Shown one piece after another: positions 49,483-58,895 of a stretch of 64,000 nucleotides of DNA. Position 1 is the stretch's first letter; each line of letters starts with the position of its first letter. Below the pieces are notes generated by a model. That model searched no databases, was not told the origin of the DNA, and was given only the letters and a program-made list of their open reading frames with translations. A program made the translations under genes and the position numbers. The stretch is from a virus: positions 11,563 to 75,562 of the IMG/VR virus record IMGVR_UViG_3300042310_000541, one strand, 5' to 3'.

Positions 49483-50577
49483 TTATCTATCAATGTGAAT
49501 ACCAATCATTACTGGAAACCTTGGATTACCATCATCTGTCCACTCAAAAAATCTAATATTAGCTAATTTGCCAATATATAAATGCTTGTTAGCTAATAAA
49601 TCAACTCTATCTTCATGAGACATTTTAACACCGGCTTTAAATATAGAAGAAGATACACCTGAAAGCTTATTGACTGAATACTTTAGTAAAGGAGTTCCAT
49701 GCAATGAATTAGCATCATTAGGCAATATATCAATAATTTCTGCATCTAAATCTTGAAAGTTTTTGTACTTTAACAAGTTAGAACTTCTTCCATTAATTTT
49801 ATATTCTGAGTTTCCCCATCTAATAATAGAACCTTCATATCCATTTGATATATATGAATTATGAAATGAATTAATTTCTTTATCATTTAAAATAGACATA
49901 GTTGTTACTATTTCAGTATTTTGTATTCCTTCAATTAATTTTTGAGCTTTATTAAATCTTTTAGTAAAGTTTTCTTCAATTATACAATCATAAACATTGT
50001 ATTTTATCTTTTCAGTTATTCCACTTCTATATTTTTTTATAGCTTTCATATTTTCTTGAAAAGTTCCTAATTCCATTGAATATAATTCTCCATCTAAAAT
50101 ACAGTCTTCCATAATAAAAGATAAAGATAGTTTAATATGATCCATATTTTCAATTACCTTACCATCTCTAGAAATCAATTTAACTACATTATTTTTTATA
50201 AAAGCTAAACATCTTTGGCCATCTAATTTAGGTTGAATATAAACTTTGTCTTTTATCCAATCAATTTTATGCTTTTCATCATCATAAGATTTAGCTAACA
50301 TTGGAAGTATTACTACTTCAGTTTTAGCTTCTTCTATTGTTTCAAAATAACCTTCAGTTAATTTACCTTTATATTCACTTTCAAGCTCTAGTAATGCTTG
50401 TTCTTCAGGACTAGTTTCATTAGATTTACCTATATTTTTAGGCTTACATTGCTTAGAATGTTGAACTAATTTTCCACCTAAAATACCTGCTTCTTGTATT
50501 AAAATACCATCTTCTGTCCAAATATTCCATACTCTAATCTTAGATTTAGAGTCAAGCTTGTATAATGTTTTTTCCAT
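49483..50577 (-). CDS. lig: ATP-dependent DNA ligase
   Basis: QPKLDGQRC (KxDG), LDGELY, YEGSIIR, LLKYK, PRFPV. Confidence 0.92.
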   Translation of the reverse strand: MEKTLYKLDSKSKIRVWNIWTEDGILIQEAGILGGKLVQHSKQCKPKNIGKSNETSPEEQALLELESEYKGKLTEGYFETIEEAKTEVVILPMLAKSYDDEKHKIDWIKDKVYIQPKLDGQRCLAFIKNNVVKLISRDGKVIENMDHIKLSLSFIMEDCILDGELYSMELGTFQENMKAIKKYRSGITEKIKYNVYDCIIEENFTKRFNKAQKLIEGIQNTEIVTTMSILNDKEINSFHNSYISNGYEGSIIRWGNSEYKINGRSSNLLKYKNFQDLDAEIIDILPNDANSLHGTPLLKYSVNKLSGVSSSIFKAGVKMSHEDRVDLLANKHLYIGKLANIRFFEWTDDGNPRFPVMIGIHIDR

Positions 50578-50592
50578 ATTATTATTTTAAAA

Positions 50593-50732
50593 AATTGCCA
50601 GGCGACTTTAGCTTCCTGGATTAATATAAGCACACTATTATACTATCTTATATAGCTATCTGATATTAACTTCTAGCTGCTAATCAGAGAACTCAATAAT
50701 TGAATGAACTTAATCATATTATTGGTGCAATT
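50593..50732 (-). ncRNA. Candidate structured RNA (~140 nt), family unassigned
   Basis: ORF-free gap in a tightly packed operon; closing stem AATTGC/GCAATT with inner stems TCTGAT/ATCAGA, ATATAAG/CTTATAT and CCAGG/CCTGG. Confidence 0.5.
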
Positions 50733-51536
50733 TTATTCTAAATCCTTAAGATTAAATATTCTTTTATAGCCTACTTCATATCTTTGATTATGTGGAGCAT
50801 CAAAAAGAAAACAGCATATGCCGGCTTTATTAAGGTCAATAAAATTTTCAAACCTATCATCAACAAACAATTCAATTCCACTTTTCTTAGCCATTTCAAC
50901 CTTACTTTCATTGTGGCCTATTGAATAAACAGGCATGCATGGAAAACCATTTTTATCTAACCATTCTTCTGTCCATTCTTTAGGAATTGACCTGGATGTG
51001 ATGTAACAATGTGGTTCAAAATGTATATCTGAAGGTTTTGTTTTAACAGGAATAGACATCCAAAACTCTTTATCATCTTTAACAAGATCAAATTTGTCTT
51101 TAATGTGTCTGTCAAAATTCCAAACTTCAGGAACTTCTTGTCCATATCTCTTGGTCCAATGAGAAATAAAATCAGCTAATACCTCATCTATATCTAATCC
51201 TATTTTAGGTCTAGATAAATAAGTGTGAAGTCTATTGTCAAATTCCGGCCTGTACTTATAATAACTAATTAGCGCCATTGCATTCCAGGCTACATGAGCT
51301 ATGTGCAATAAATTAGTTTCTTCATCAAAGTCAACACCTTGTTTAAATTTAGCTAAATGTCTTTCAAGTGAAGCAACAGTGCTCATCCAAGGAAGTCCTA
51401 ATAGCCAATTATTTGGAGCATACTTTTTTGCACCTTTTGTGAACACTTCTGCTAATTTTTCAATAGCAAAAGGTTCCAAAAGATCATATCTTATTTTTCC
51501 AGAATTAAAACGTAGTCCTATTTCTTTATTTTCCAT
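50733..51536 (-). CDS. DUF5664 (dATP/dGTP diphosphohydrolase-like) domain fused to HAD 5'-nucleotidase
   Basis: GAKKYAPNNW..G...SLERHL...DEETNLLHIAHVAWN, then LDIDEVLAD, ITSR, K, FVDD HAD motifs. Confidence 0.8.
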   Translation of the reverse strand: MENKEIGLRFNSGKIRYDLLEPFAIEKLAEVFTKGAKKYAPNNWLLGLPWMSTVASLERHLAKFKQGVDFDEETNLLHIAHVAWNAMALISYYKYRPEFDNRLHTYLSRPKIGLDIDEVLADFISHWTKRYGQEVPEVWNFDRHIKDKFDLVKDDKEFWMSIPVKTKPSDIHFEPHCYITSRSIPKEWTEEWLDKNGFPCMPVYSIGHNESKVEMAKKSGIELFVDDRFENFIDLNKAGICCFLFDAPHNQRYEVGYKRIFNLKDLE

Positions 51537-51542
51537 TGTTAA

Positions 51543-51869
51543 TTACCTATTATCTCCAGAGCCACTTATGACATTTCTAGCTTGACGATCTCTAAGCTTT
51601 GCAATGTTATTTGCAGCAATATCTTCAAGACTTAAACCTAAATCTCTTGCTAATGCTGCACAATACCATAACACATCTCCAATTTCATCACCTATCTTTG
51701 CATTAAGTTCAGGAGTAAATATTCCGCCATTATCTCTTAATACTTTCTTAACTTTTCCTTGAACTTCTCCAGCTTCATTTCCTAAGCCTAATGCAGGATA
51801 AATTATTAATTGCCCTTCTCCATAAACTGCAGTAACAGTTGCTTCTTCTTGATATTTTTTAAATTCCAT
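51543..51869 (-). CDS. mazG: MazG-like nucleotide pyrophosphohydrolase
   Basis: LGLGNEAGEV...DEIGDVLWY...NIAKL.DR motif. Confidence 0.88.
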   Translation of the reverse strand: MEFKKYQEEATVTAVYGEGQLIIYPALGLGNEAGEVQGKVKKVLRDNGGIFTPELNAKIGDEIGDVLWYCAALARDLGLSLEDIAANNIAKLRDRQARNVISGSGDNR

Positions 51870-51870
51870 A

Positions 51871-52435
51871 TTATTTTATTGGACAAGATCCATTATCACA
51901 ATCCTGTATATCAAAATCACTTTCTTTAACAGTTATATTATGTATTGGCCTTGTGTTTTTAATTAATTCTTCGTATTGTTCTTTTGTTATTGTTTCATAA
52001 GGAGCTTGTTTAAATCCATGTCCTTGATAAAGCAAAAATGATAATGTCTTAAAGTTATCTTTGTAATTTTCTTTCAAATACTCTTTAATATCTTCTAAAT
52101 CTTCTTTGTTGTAATAAATAGTACAACTAACAGAGTTATCAGACCATTCAGCTTGAAGTCTTTTAACTATTTCTATTTGTTGTTTCCAGCCAAAAGATGA
52201 AGCTACAGGAGTATTTTCAGGAACCTTACAAGGGAATTCAACAACCATTGTGTTATTGTCTAAACTTCCATCAAAATTAATCTGTGGTTCAATTTTATAT
52301 CCATGATCATTACAAGTTGTAAGTAATTCACTTCCAGATGCTATTCTTATTCTTCTTATGTAATAAGGGCCAGCAGGACTTGGATGTGCACCAGGAGTTA
52401 CACCAGGAAGTAAACTTAATGTTCCACTTGGTTTA
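51871..52435 (-). CDS. nrdJ: Class II (AdoCbl) ribonucleotide reductase, exon 2
   Basis: Open frame reads KPSGTLSLLPGVTPGAHP...WSDNSVSCT...QAPYE...CDNGSCPIK; extends upstream of the ORF-track start. Confidence 0.9.
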
Positions 52436-53317
52436 CATTTATATTCAACATTAATCGTTAATTAATGCCCGTTTTCTTAAACGATAATAGTGAGTTTTGC
52501 TCACATTAAATTTTTTTAAAGTTTTTGTCATTCCGTTAATCTTTCCATATAACAGTATTTTGCAACCATCAAACTTCTTTTGAGTATCCCAGTATTTATT
52601 ACTTACTTCTGAAAATAATTTCTTATTTCCAATTGTATGCTTCATACCTAAAGAAGGCTTTCTACCTACCCTTTTCTCTTTTAATTTACGTTTCCAAGAT
52701 TTATACTCTTCAGGACTTTTATCCTTCATGCTAAAACCTATTTTTCCTCCTTTATGGAGATTATAACATTTTTCTTTATTAGTTTCTATTAAGGCAATTT
52801 CCATTTTGCAAGCCTCTTTTTTAGAGCACTCTGCAATGATTTCCCAAATAAAATTATCCCATCCATATCTTCTAATAGCGTCATAAAAAGGAGTTTGACC
52901 TCCAGGTTTACTTCTATTTTCTATTTTAGACATATATTTATGAGTATGTTTTCTGTTATACATATTGCATGTTATACCAAAATACATATTATTTGTTTTG
53001 CTGTTTATTACTTTATATACTATCATTTTCTACTGCTTTATATTTCTATAAAGATTGGACTATATCATCTACCTATTTCATTATAGGCAGCTATGCGCTT
53101 CCACTCACTTGAGTGTACTCCTTTGCAGGATAGTCTCTGAACCTTTCTGTAAAAATACAAAAAAGATTTGTTATTTCCAAACCTTATGGTACTTTTATTT
53201 ATTTGGCTGCTGATTGGCATATAAAAAGTAAAAATATATTTACTTTTAACTTAGCTTTTCCAGCAATTTACATAGTTCTTCATTAAGATATTACTATCTT
53301 AAGCCGCTAAATTACTA
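52436..53317 (-). mobile_element. Group I intron (IA-type, 882 nt) in nrdJ
   Basis: P AAUUGCUGGAAA, Q AAUCAGCAG, R UUCAGAGACUA, S AUGAUAUAGUCC; P3 CUAUGU/GCAUAG; P7.1 and P7.2 hairpins; P1 exon CCGU pairs with GCGG (U-G at the splice site); terminal G; splicing restores TTVKPSGT in frame. Confidence 0.93.
52451..53026 (-). CDS. Intron-encoded GIY-YIG homing endonuclease
   Basis: IVY(x10)YFG..., R, E motifs; NUMOD3-like GMKHT; lies in the P9 region. Confidence 0.85.
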   Translation of the reverse strand: MIVYKVINSKTNNMYFGITCNMYNRKHTHKYMSKIENRSKPGGQTPFYDAIRRYGWDNFIWEIIAECSKKEACKMEIALIETNKEKCYNLHKGGKIGFSMKDKSPEEYKSWKRKLKEKRVGRKPSLGMKHTIGNKKLFSEVSNKYWDTQKKFDGCKILLYGKINGMTKTLKKFNVSKTHYYRLRKRALIND

Positions 53318-54651
53318 ACGGTAGTTAATTTTACACTTTCCGGCCAACCCATCATTTTTGAATAATGAGCATCATACTTTCTTATGTATTCATAACCTGT
53401 ATTTAACCAATTCATTTGCTCTTCTGAAGACTGAAGTATTCCTGTTATGCCTATTCCCATTCTCATATTTCTATGAACTATATCTTGAGTTTCTTTTAAT
53501 GAACAATGCAATCTTAATGAATGTTTATTAACAGTATAAGTTAGCTTAAGTATTGATAAAAATTCTTCTATTGAATCAATGTTTGGTAAATAAATTTCAC
53601 TTAAACAACAAGTTTCATAATTAGCTAATGATTGCTCAGCACAAGGATTAAAAACAACTACATCTTTATCAGGATATGCTGTTTCACCTGTTCTGCCAAT
53701 AGATCTTGCCAATCTTAAATTTATAAATCCATAAGGTTCTCCTTGTTGATATGTTTGCCAGAACTCATCTGTTAACATATTAGTATCATCACAAGCAATA
53801 GAATTATTAGACATGGCTCTCCAATTAGGTATTGAACCTAAATCCCATCTTTTAGCTTTAAGAAAATCTAAATCATCATAATCTCCAATTGCTATTTGAG
53901 CACTTCTTCTAACATTTCCAGATACAACTATAAATCCAATAATATTCATTACATCAAGACAATCTATTGGACGTAACTTTTGATTACTTCTTGAATTTAA
54001 AATTTTATGAATTTCTTCAATACCCCAACATAATTCTTCTGGACCACTAGCTGAACCTCCAAATGATTTTATTGGAGCCCCCTTGCCTCTGATTAATTGA
54101 GTACTATAAGTAAATCCTTCTCCAGAATAAAAATGAGCTTTTAAAGTTTTGCCTAAAAGCTTAATCCAACCTTCTCTTGTGTCAGGAACTATGAAGTCAG
54201 CATCTTTAGTGTCAAGTCTTTTAATGTCTATTTTGTTTTTAAGCTTTGGTAACTGATATACATATTCTTTTTGAATATTATATCCAACACCCGATCCTAG
54301 CATTAACATTTCAAAAGCCCAGGTAAAAGGTCTAATAGGACTATCTACAACTACTCCAGCACAATTTTGTAAACTAGGTAATCCTAATTTATCTACTGTT
54401 TTAGTTCCTAATTGCCACATAAAACGTCCAGCTACAGACCATTTCAACAACTCTCTTGTCTTTCTATAATAATCAATTTCATCTTGACTAAAATCAATTT
54501 TTAATTGTTTTTTACAAGAGTTTAATTCTCTACTTATAACATCAGATAGCTCTTCAGTTTTATTAGAATTTTCAGATAGTTTTCTTGCATAGGTTCTTTT
54601 AAATGTAATGTAGCCTATTTCTCCCCAGGGTGTTATATTTTTTTCTTGCAT
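53318..54651 (-). CDS. nrdJ: Class II (AdoCbl) ribonucleotide reductase, exon 1
   Basis: KRTYAR, AGRFMW, LQNC, PDTREGW, GNVRRSA, NPCAE, RMGIG; ATG at 54651; spliced product 632 aa. Confidence 0.92.
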
Positions 54652-54669
54652 ATATTGTTTTTTTTGTAT

Positions 54670-54677
54670 CAAAATTA
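54670..54677 (-). promoter_or_regulatory. -7 promoter box (TAATTTTG) upstream of nrdJ
   Basis: Exact TAnnTTTG 18 nt before the ATG; -33 element not clear. Confidence 0.4.
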
Positions 54678-54739
54678 TTAAAAATACATATGAGCTAATT
54701 GCTGTAATTACCTTTCAGGTTTAGCTTTTATTTTTTTGT

Positions 54740-55783
54740 TTATAAATAAGTTTTACCTCCGTAAATAAATCTATTATTTACCCATGATGGAATTTCTACA
54801 TGGTAATAACCTTGATCATCAATAAATACTGTTGAAAATGAATTTGTCCAACTGCTTTTCATAGCTCTTGATGCATATCCAAATGCTGAATCATCAAAAT
54901 TGGCCATAGAGCCAATATTAAAACCTCCAGTATTTCCTTCAATATACACTTGCTTTCTATGAGTATGAGCATACATTACAGATTTTCTATAAGTATCTAT
55001 ATGCTTTTTTGCAGTATGTATATTTACAAATTCTCCGTGACATAAAGTCAAATGTTCTCCAATAGTTATATAAGACTGTTTCCAATTTTCAAATACATGA
55101 AATCCTCTTGCTGTTAGTTTTAAACCTTCAGTTGGTGATTGCAATGCAGTTCCAAGTTTAGCATTGTTAACATTTCTCATATACCTATTATATCTGTCTT
55201 CATGATTACCCCAGATATAAGTTTTAAGAATATTAGGACTTAGTATGCTTGTAATTTCATCAAGTATTCTATTTCCAATTCTATATTCCTTATCTAATGT
55301 ATTAGCAGATATATTGTTTATGTCATGTGATGATAAAGCTTGCATGTCAAGAAAATCTCCAATGATATGTAAAGCAACAATTTCATTTCTTTTTTCAGTC
55401 AAAAATCTTTTGAATGAATTATAAAAACTTGCATTATAATGAGGTGCATGAAAGCAAGGCATTATAACATGCAAACCTTTGTCATTATACTTTCTTGAAA
55501 ATGTTTCAGAAACAAATCCATATTCAACTAAAGATTTACTTTTTGTATGTATTTTTTCATATTCATTTATTTTATACTTAACAAATTCATCAGCATTTAA
55601 ACAAGAAAGCTTGTTTTTTATGTGATTCTTTTTTATAACAGAATTTGCTGCTACTCTAAACTCATTAAATTTAATATTTGATAAATGTGGCCATCTTTCT
55701 TTAAAGATAATAAAACTTTTCTTTGAATATGCAGGTAATGAATCTAAAGCTTTTTCAGCTTTTTTAATGTTTAATTTATTCAT
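54740..55783 (-). CDS. Calcineurin-like metallophosphoesterase
   Basis: CFH, GDFLD, GNHEDR, HG and HTH motifs. Confidence 0.8.
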   Translation of the reverse strand: MNKLNIKKAEKALDSLPAYSKKSFIIFKERWPHLSNIKFNEFRVAANSVIKKNHIKNKLSCLNADEFVKYKINEYEKIHTKSKSLVEYGFVSETFSRKYNDKGLHVIMPCFHAPHYNASFYNSFKRFLTEKRNEIVALHIIGDFLDMQALSSHDINNISANTLDKEYRIGNRILDEITSILSPNILKTYIWGNHEDRYNRYMRNVNNAKLGTALQSPTEGLKLTARGFHVFENWKQSYITIGEHLTLCHGEFVNIHTAKKHIDTYRKSVMYAHTHRKQVYIEGNTGGFNIGSMANFDDSAFGYASRAMKSSWTNSFSTVFIDDQGYYHVEIPSWVNNRFIYGGKTYL

Positions 55784-55786
55784 ATT

Positions 55787-56416
55787 TTAATTGTTTATTT
55801 CTGACTCAAAAGAACTTCTAAGTAATTTCATAGCCTCTTTGTGTTTAAATTCTTCTCTAAAATATTCTATTTCTTCAAAATAAGGAAATGAACTTGCTTC
55901 AAGATTTCTTGGAACTTTTTCACCAACAGTATGATCTAATTGCTTAAACAATGATTCATCTTTATTTAAAACTTTCCATATAATGTGATCATTACTAAGT
56001 TTATAAAAGAATTTTACTTTGTTTTTGTATTCTTGAGAAAAACTAGATGGTTTCCATTCTTTGAATTTATTGTAATCAGAAATCCACAATTCTGGAATTT
56101 TAAATACATACATTGTATGATATTTATCAATTTCATAATAGAATTCAAAGTTTTCGTTAGACATTAGTTTTTTCTCAAATTCAATAAAATTCAAATCTCC
56201 TGAAAATTTATATTGAATTAATATTTTTTCAGAATTATTAGCTTTATCATCATCTGGTAAAGTTGCATCTTTAAGATAACAACTTATGTAATTAGATTTA
56301 GGAAATGAATTTGATACAAAGTCATTATAAACAGAACCTATCATAGGAAGCAAATAAATACTTGTTTTGTTACTTATTTTTTTATCTTTAAAATTCTGAA
56401 TTACTTCTTCTTTCAT
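55787..56416 (-). CDS. Hypothetical protein
   Basis: 209 aa ORF in the operon; MYVFKIP....DY..F.....S.FS pattern. Confidence 0.6.
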   Translation of the reverse strand: MKEEVIQNFKDKKISNKTSIYLLPMIGSVYNDFVSNSFPKSNYISCYLKDATLPDDDKANNSEKILIQYKFSGDLNFIEFEKKLMSNENFEFYYEIDKYHTMYVFKIPELWISDYNKFKEWKPSSFSQEYKNKVKFFYKLSNDHIIWKVLNKDESLFKQLDHTVGEKVPRNLEASSFPYFEEIEYFREEFKHKEAMKLLRSSFESEINN

Positions 56417-57164
56417 ATTTAATAAATTTATAATCGTCTAAATTTAAATCATTGTATTCTTCAAGAATTTTTAAACAAAAATAATTTTGATAGAATTTTT
56501 CTATTCCATATCTTTCTCCATACTTATTAATGTATTCAGCAAAAACAGAATCCCTATAAGTAAAATCTTTTATTTCAGAAAATAAATTATTAACAAAAGC
56601 AGGGCCCTTTCCTTCAATTCCTTTAATACCATCTCCTGATTGACCAGTTATCATATCACTCCAAAATTTAAGCATTGCTTCTTCAGCTGAAGTCTCAATC
56701 CATTTGCAATTTTTAGAGTCATAATGAGTTCCTTGCAACTTTAATATATCATTATCAGCAGAAACAATAAAGCTATCTTTATGGTTTAGCCTCATTATGT
56801 TACATAAGTCATCAGCTTCAATTGGAATGTTTATTAAATGGAAATTAAATTGTTTTACCAAATAATCCTTTAGCTCATAAAAGAATGATGGCCTGGCACT
56901 TGGTCTTTTCTTTTTATAATCAGGATAAATACCATATCTAAAGTTTCTAGAATTGCCAAGAAATCCAACATATTCTTCAGCTTTTGACATTGTTAACCAA
57001 GTATCAATTATTGAAGAAGCTGATTTATAGACTTCCTCTTCAGTTTTATCAACATAAACAAACTTTCCATCTTCTTTTTTAGGCTCTCCATTTTCATCTA
57101 ATACTTTATTACCCATTGTAGCATAAAAAAGTATATTGTCTCCGTCTATTATAGCTTTTTTCAT
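56388..57164 (-). CDS. 5'-3' exonuclease / flap endonuclease (PIN fold)
   Basis: IIDGD, FRY...PDYK..R, EADD, SADND, GDGIKGIEGKGP. Confidence 0.88.
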   Translation of the reverse strand: MKKAIIDGDNILFYATMGNKVLDENGEPKKEDGKFVYVDKTEEEVYKSASSIIDTWLTMSKAEEYVGFLGNSRNFRYGIYPDYKKKRPSARPSFFYELKDYLVKQFNFHLINIPIEADDLCNIMRLNHKDSFIVSADNDILKLQGTHYDSKNCKWIETSAEEAMLKFWSDMITGQSGDGIKGIEGKGPAFVNNLFSEIKDFTYRDSVFAEYINKYGERYGIEKFYQNYFCLKILEEYNDLNLDDYKFIKYERRSNSEF

Positions 57165-57817
57165 ATTGTTTCTATTTGTTTATTTTCTGAATTAAATTTA
57201 TATCCAGGTTTGTATTTAAAAAACCTTATATATAATTGTCTGTCTTCAGGATCATCTACTATAATAAATTCTGAACTTATTTTTCTTATAAATGTTAACT
57301 TGTCATCAACTATTCTTTTCATTCCAGTCAATAAATCTTGAGAACATTTTTCATAAGCAAATCTTAAGTTATCCAAGTCTTGTGATTGTATTTTTTTCTT
57401 AATTCCAGATCCACTGTGCTTATCATTAAAAACATCGAAGTAAACAAACTCTATGTAAAGAGGATAGTCTTCTTTTTTAAATTGTTTAAGCTTATCAAAA
57501 TATTTTAAAAAATCTGACTTTATACTTTCAATTACTTTTATTCTGGTTGATGGATGATCAAAACCTGCATAAAATTTATTTCCGGATATTGGTATTGACC
57601 TTTCAGTGCCAAATGTCTTTGGATTTTTTATAACAAATTGATTTGTAGATATATTAAATAATGTTTTTTTATTGTTTTTTTCTTTAAAAACAAAATTAGT
57701 TGTTGTGTATTTTTTAGGTATTTTGTCTCCTGGATAAAAATAGATAGCTCTTCTGCTATCTGAAAGTTTTGTTCTATTTATATATTTGTATATTATCGTA
57801 TTTTGTATTTCTTTCAT
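57161..57817 (-). CDS. RusA-like Holliday junction resolvase
   Basis: QDLDNL...K..QDLL.....IVDD acidic pattern. Confidence 0.65.
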   Translation of the reverse strand: MKEIQNTIIYKYINRTKLSDSRRAIYFYPGDKIPKKYTTTNFVFKEKNNKKTLFNISTNQFVIKNPKTFGTERSIPISGNKFYAGFDHPSTRIKVIESIKSDFLKYFDKLKQFKKEDYPLYIEFVYFDVFNDKHSGSGIKKKIQSQDLDNLRFAYEKCSQDLLTGMKRIVDDKLTFIRKISSEFIIVDDPEDRQLYIRFFKYKPGYKFNSENKQIETI

Positions 57818-57830
57818 ATCTATAAATAGA

Positions 57831-57872
57831 ATAAAATGTCAAGTTTTTGTTGTAAAAAACTTGACATTTTAT
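57831..57872. terminator. Perfect 18-bp inverted repeat (terminator or processing hairpin)
   Basis: ATAAAATGTCAAGTTTTT / AAAAACTTGACATTTTAT with a 6-nt loop. Confidence 0.65.
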
Positions 57873-57882
57873 CAGTTAAAAA

Positions 57883-58161
57883 CTAAGCTCCTGCTTGTTC
57901 TGAAATTAACTCACTGTTTTCAAAATCATTATCTGTAATGGGTTCTGCAACAATATCTTGCATATCATCTTCAGTTAAAATTACATAAGCAGGTGCAATT
58001 TCTTTCTTACTTCTTGATTTTCTCATACCAAACTTCTCTAAAACACTGTTCATTTCTTTTGGTGTAATAGCAAATCTTTCAGCCATAGTATCTACATCAA
58101 TTCCTACTCCTCTGTATTGAGCTACAGTACTTTTCTTAATTCTAATTGTTTTTGTTTCCAT
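57883..58161 (-). CDS. Small putative HTH-like DNA-binding protein with acidic tail
   Basis: GIDVDTMAERFAITPKEMNSVL helix-turn-helix-like segment. Confidence 0.45.
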   Translation of the reverse strand: METKTIRIKKSTVAQYRGVGIDVDTMAERFAITPKEMNSVLEKFGMRKSRSKKEIAPAYVILTEDDMQDIVAEPITDNDFENSELISEQAGA

Positions 58162-58180
58162 AATTTTTATTTATTATTTA

Positions 58181-58618
58181 TTATTTTTCATTGTAAGAGA
58201 ATAGTTTTTCTAACCATTCATTTAAAACATCAGATGTTTCTTTTACTTCATGGATATAATCTCTTATATCTCCTTCTAAATACCATTTAACATAACCCTT
58301 GTGAGTACGCAAGTCAATATGGAATCCACTTGTTTTATTTGCTAATTCTTTATTGCCAGTATATTTTAACCAAATATGTTGACCACCACTATTTGTTTGA
58401 TAAGCAAAATGTTCTGATAATTCTTTTTTAATTAAAAAAGGAATATTGTCAAATCCACATTTACCTTCATGGTCATCTATATCAAGAATAATATAAGGAG
58501 CATTTGGACAAATAGCTAATGAATAACTTTCTGGCACTTCTCCTTCAAAATAAACTTCATCAGGAACTTGGCTCCATTTGCAAATAGGACGTTTTTCCTT
58601 TAATAAAAAAGTTTTCAT
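58181..58618 (-). CDS. Stand-alone Prim-Pol (bifunctional primase/polymerase) catalytic domain
   Basis: ILDID, TNSGGQHIW, IDLR...GYV motifs. Confidence 0.8.
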   Translation of the reverse strand: MKTFLLKEKRPICKWSQVPDEVYFEGEVPESYSLAICPNAPYIILDIDDHEGKCGFDNIPFLIKKELSEHFAYQTNSGGQHIWLKYTGNKELANKTSGFHIDLRTHKGYVKWYLEGDIRDYIHEVKETSDVLNEWLEKLFSYNEK

Positions 58619-58884
58619 TAGAATTTATACATTTTTTTAGCTTTAGCAGTACTCCAAAATGATTGATAATTAGCACTCTTTGCAAATGCAAAAACTCTTT
58701 TCAACTCATCTTTGCAAGATGTAGATGGATATACAGCACAAATTAAATCATAAAGTATTTCTACATCAGTTAATCCACAATGTAATGCATATCCAGATAT
58801 TGTTGTACAAACTGAATTTAAAGAACTTCCTGTATCATTAAAATCTAAAGAATTCTCCTTAATAAATTTTTCTATTTTATTCAT
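58618..58884 (-). CDS. Small helical protein, possibly PriCT-like
   Basis: 88 aa; stop overlaps the Prim-Pol start; F..G..N......GY pattern. Confidence 0.4.
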   Translation of the reverse strand: MNKIEKFIKENSLDFNDTGSSLNSVCTTISGYALHCGLTDVEILYDLICAVYPSTSCKDELKRVFAFAKSANYQSFWSTAKAKKMYKF

Positions 58885-58895
58885 AAGTCTTTAAA

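Noticed and set aside
50670-50690. Hammerhead ribozyme (CUGAU on the - strand)
   Set aside because: Reads CUGAUUA rather than CUGANGA, and no correctly placed GAAA/NUH core.
51871-54672. nrdJ as a broken pseudogene or intein-containing gene
   Set aside because: The group I core and exact splice sites restore the frame; the insert has stop codons and no intein termini.
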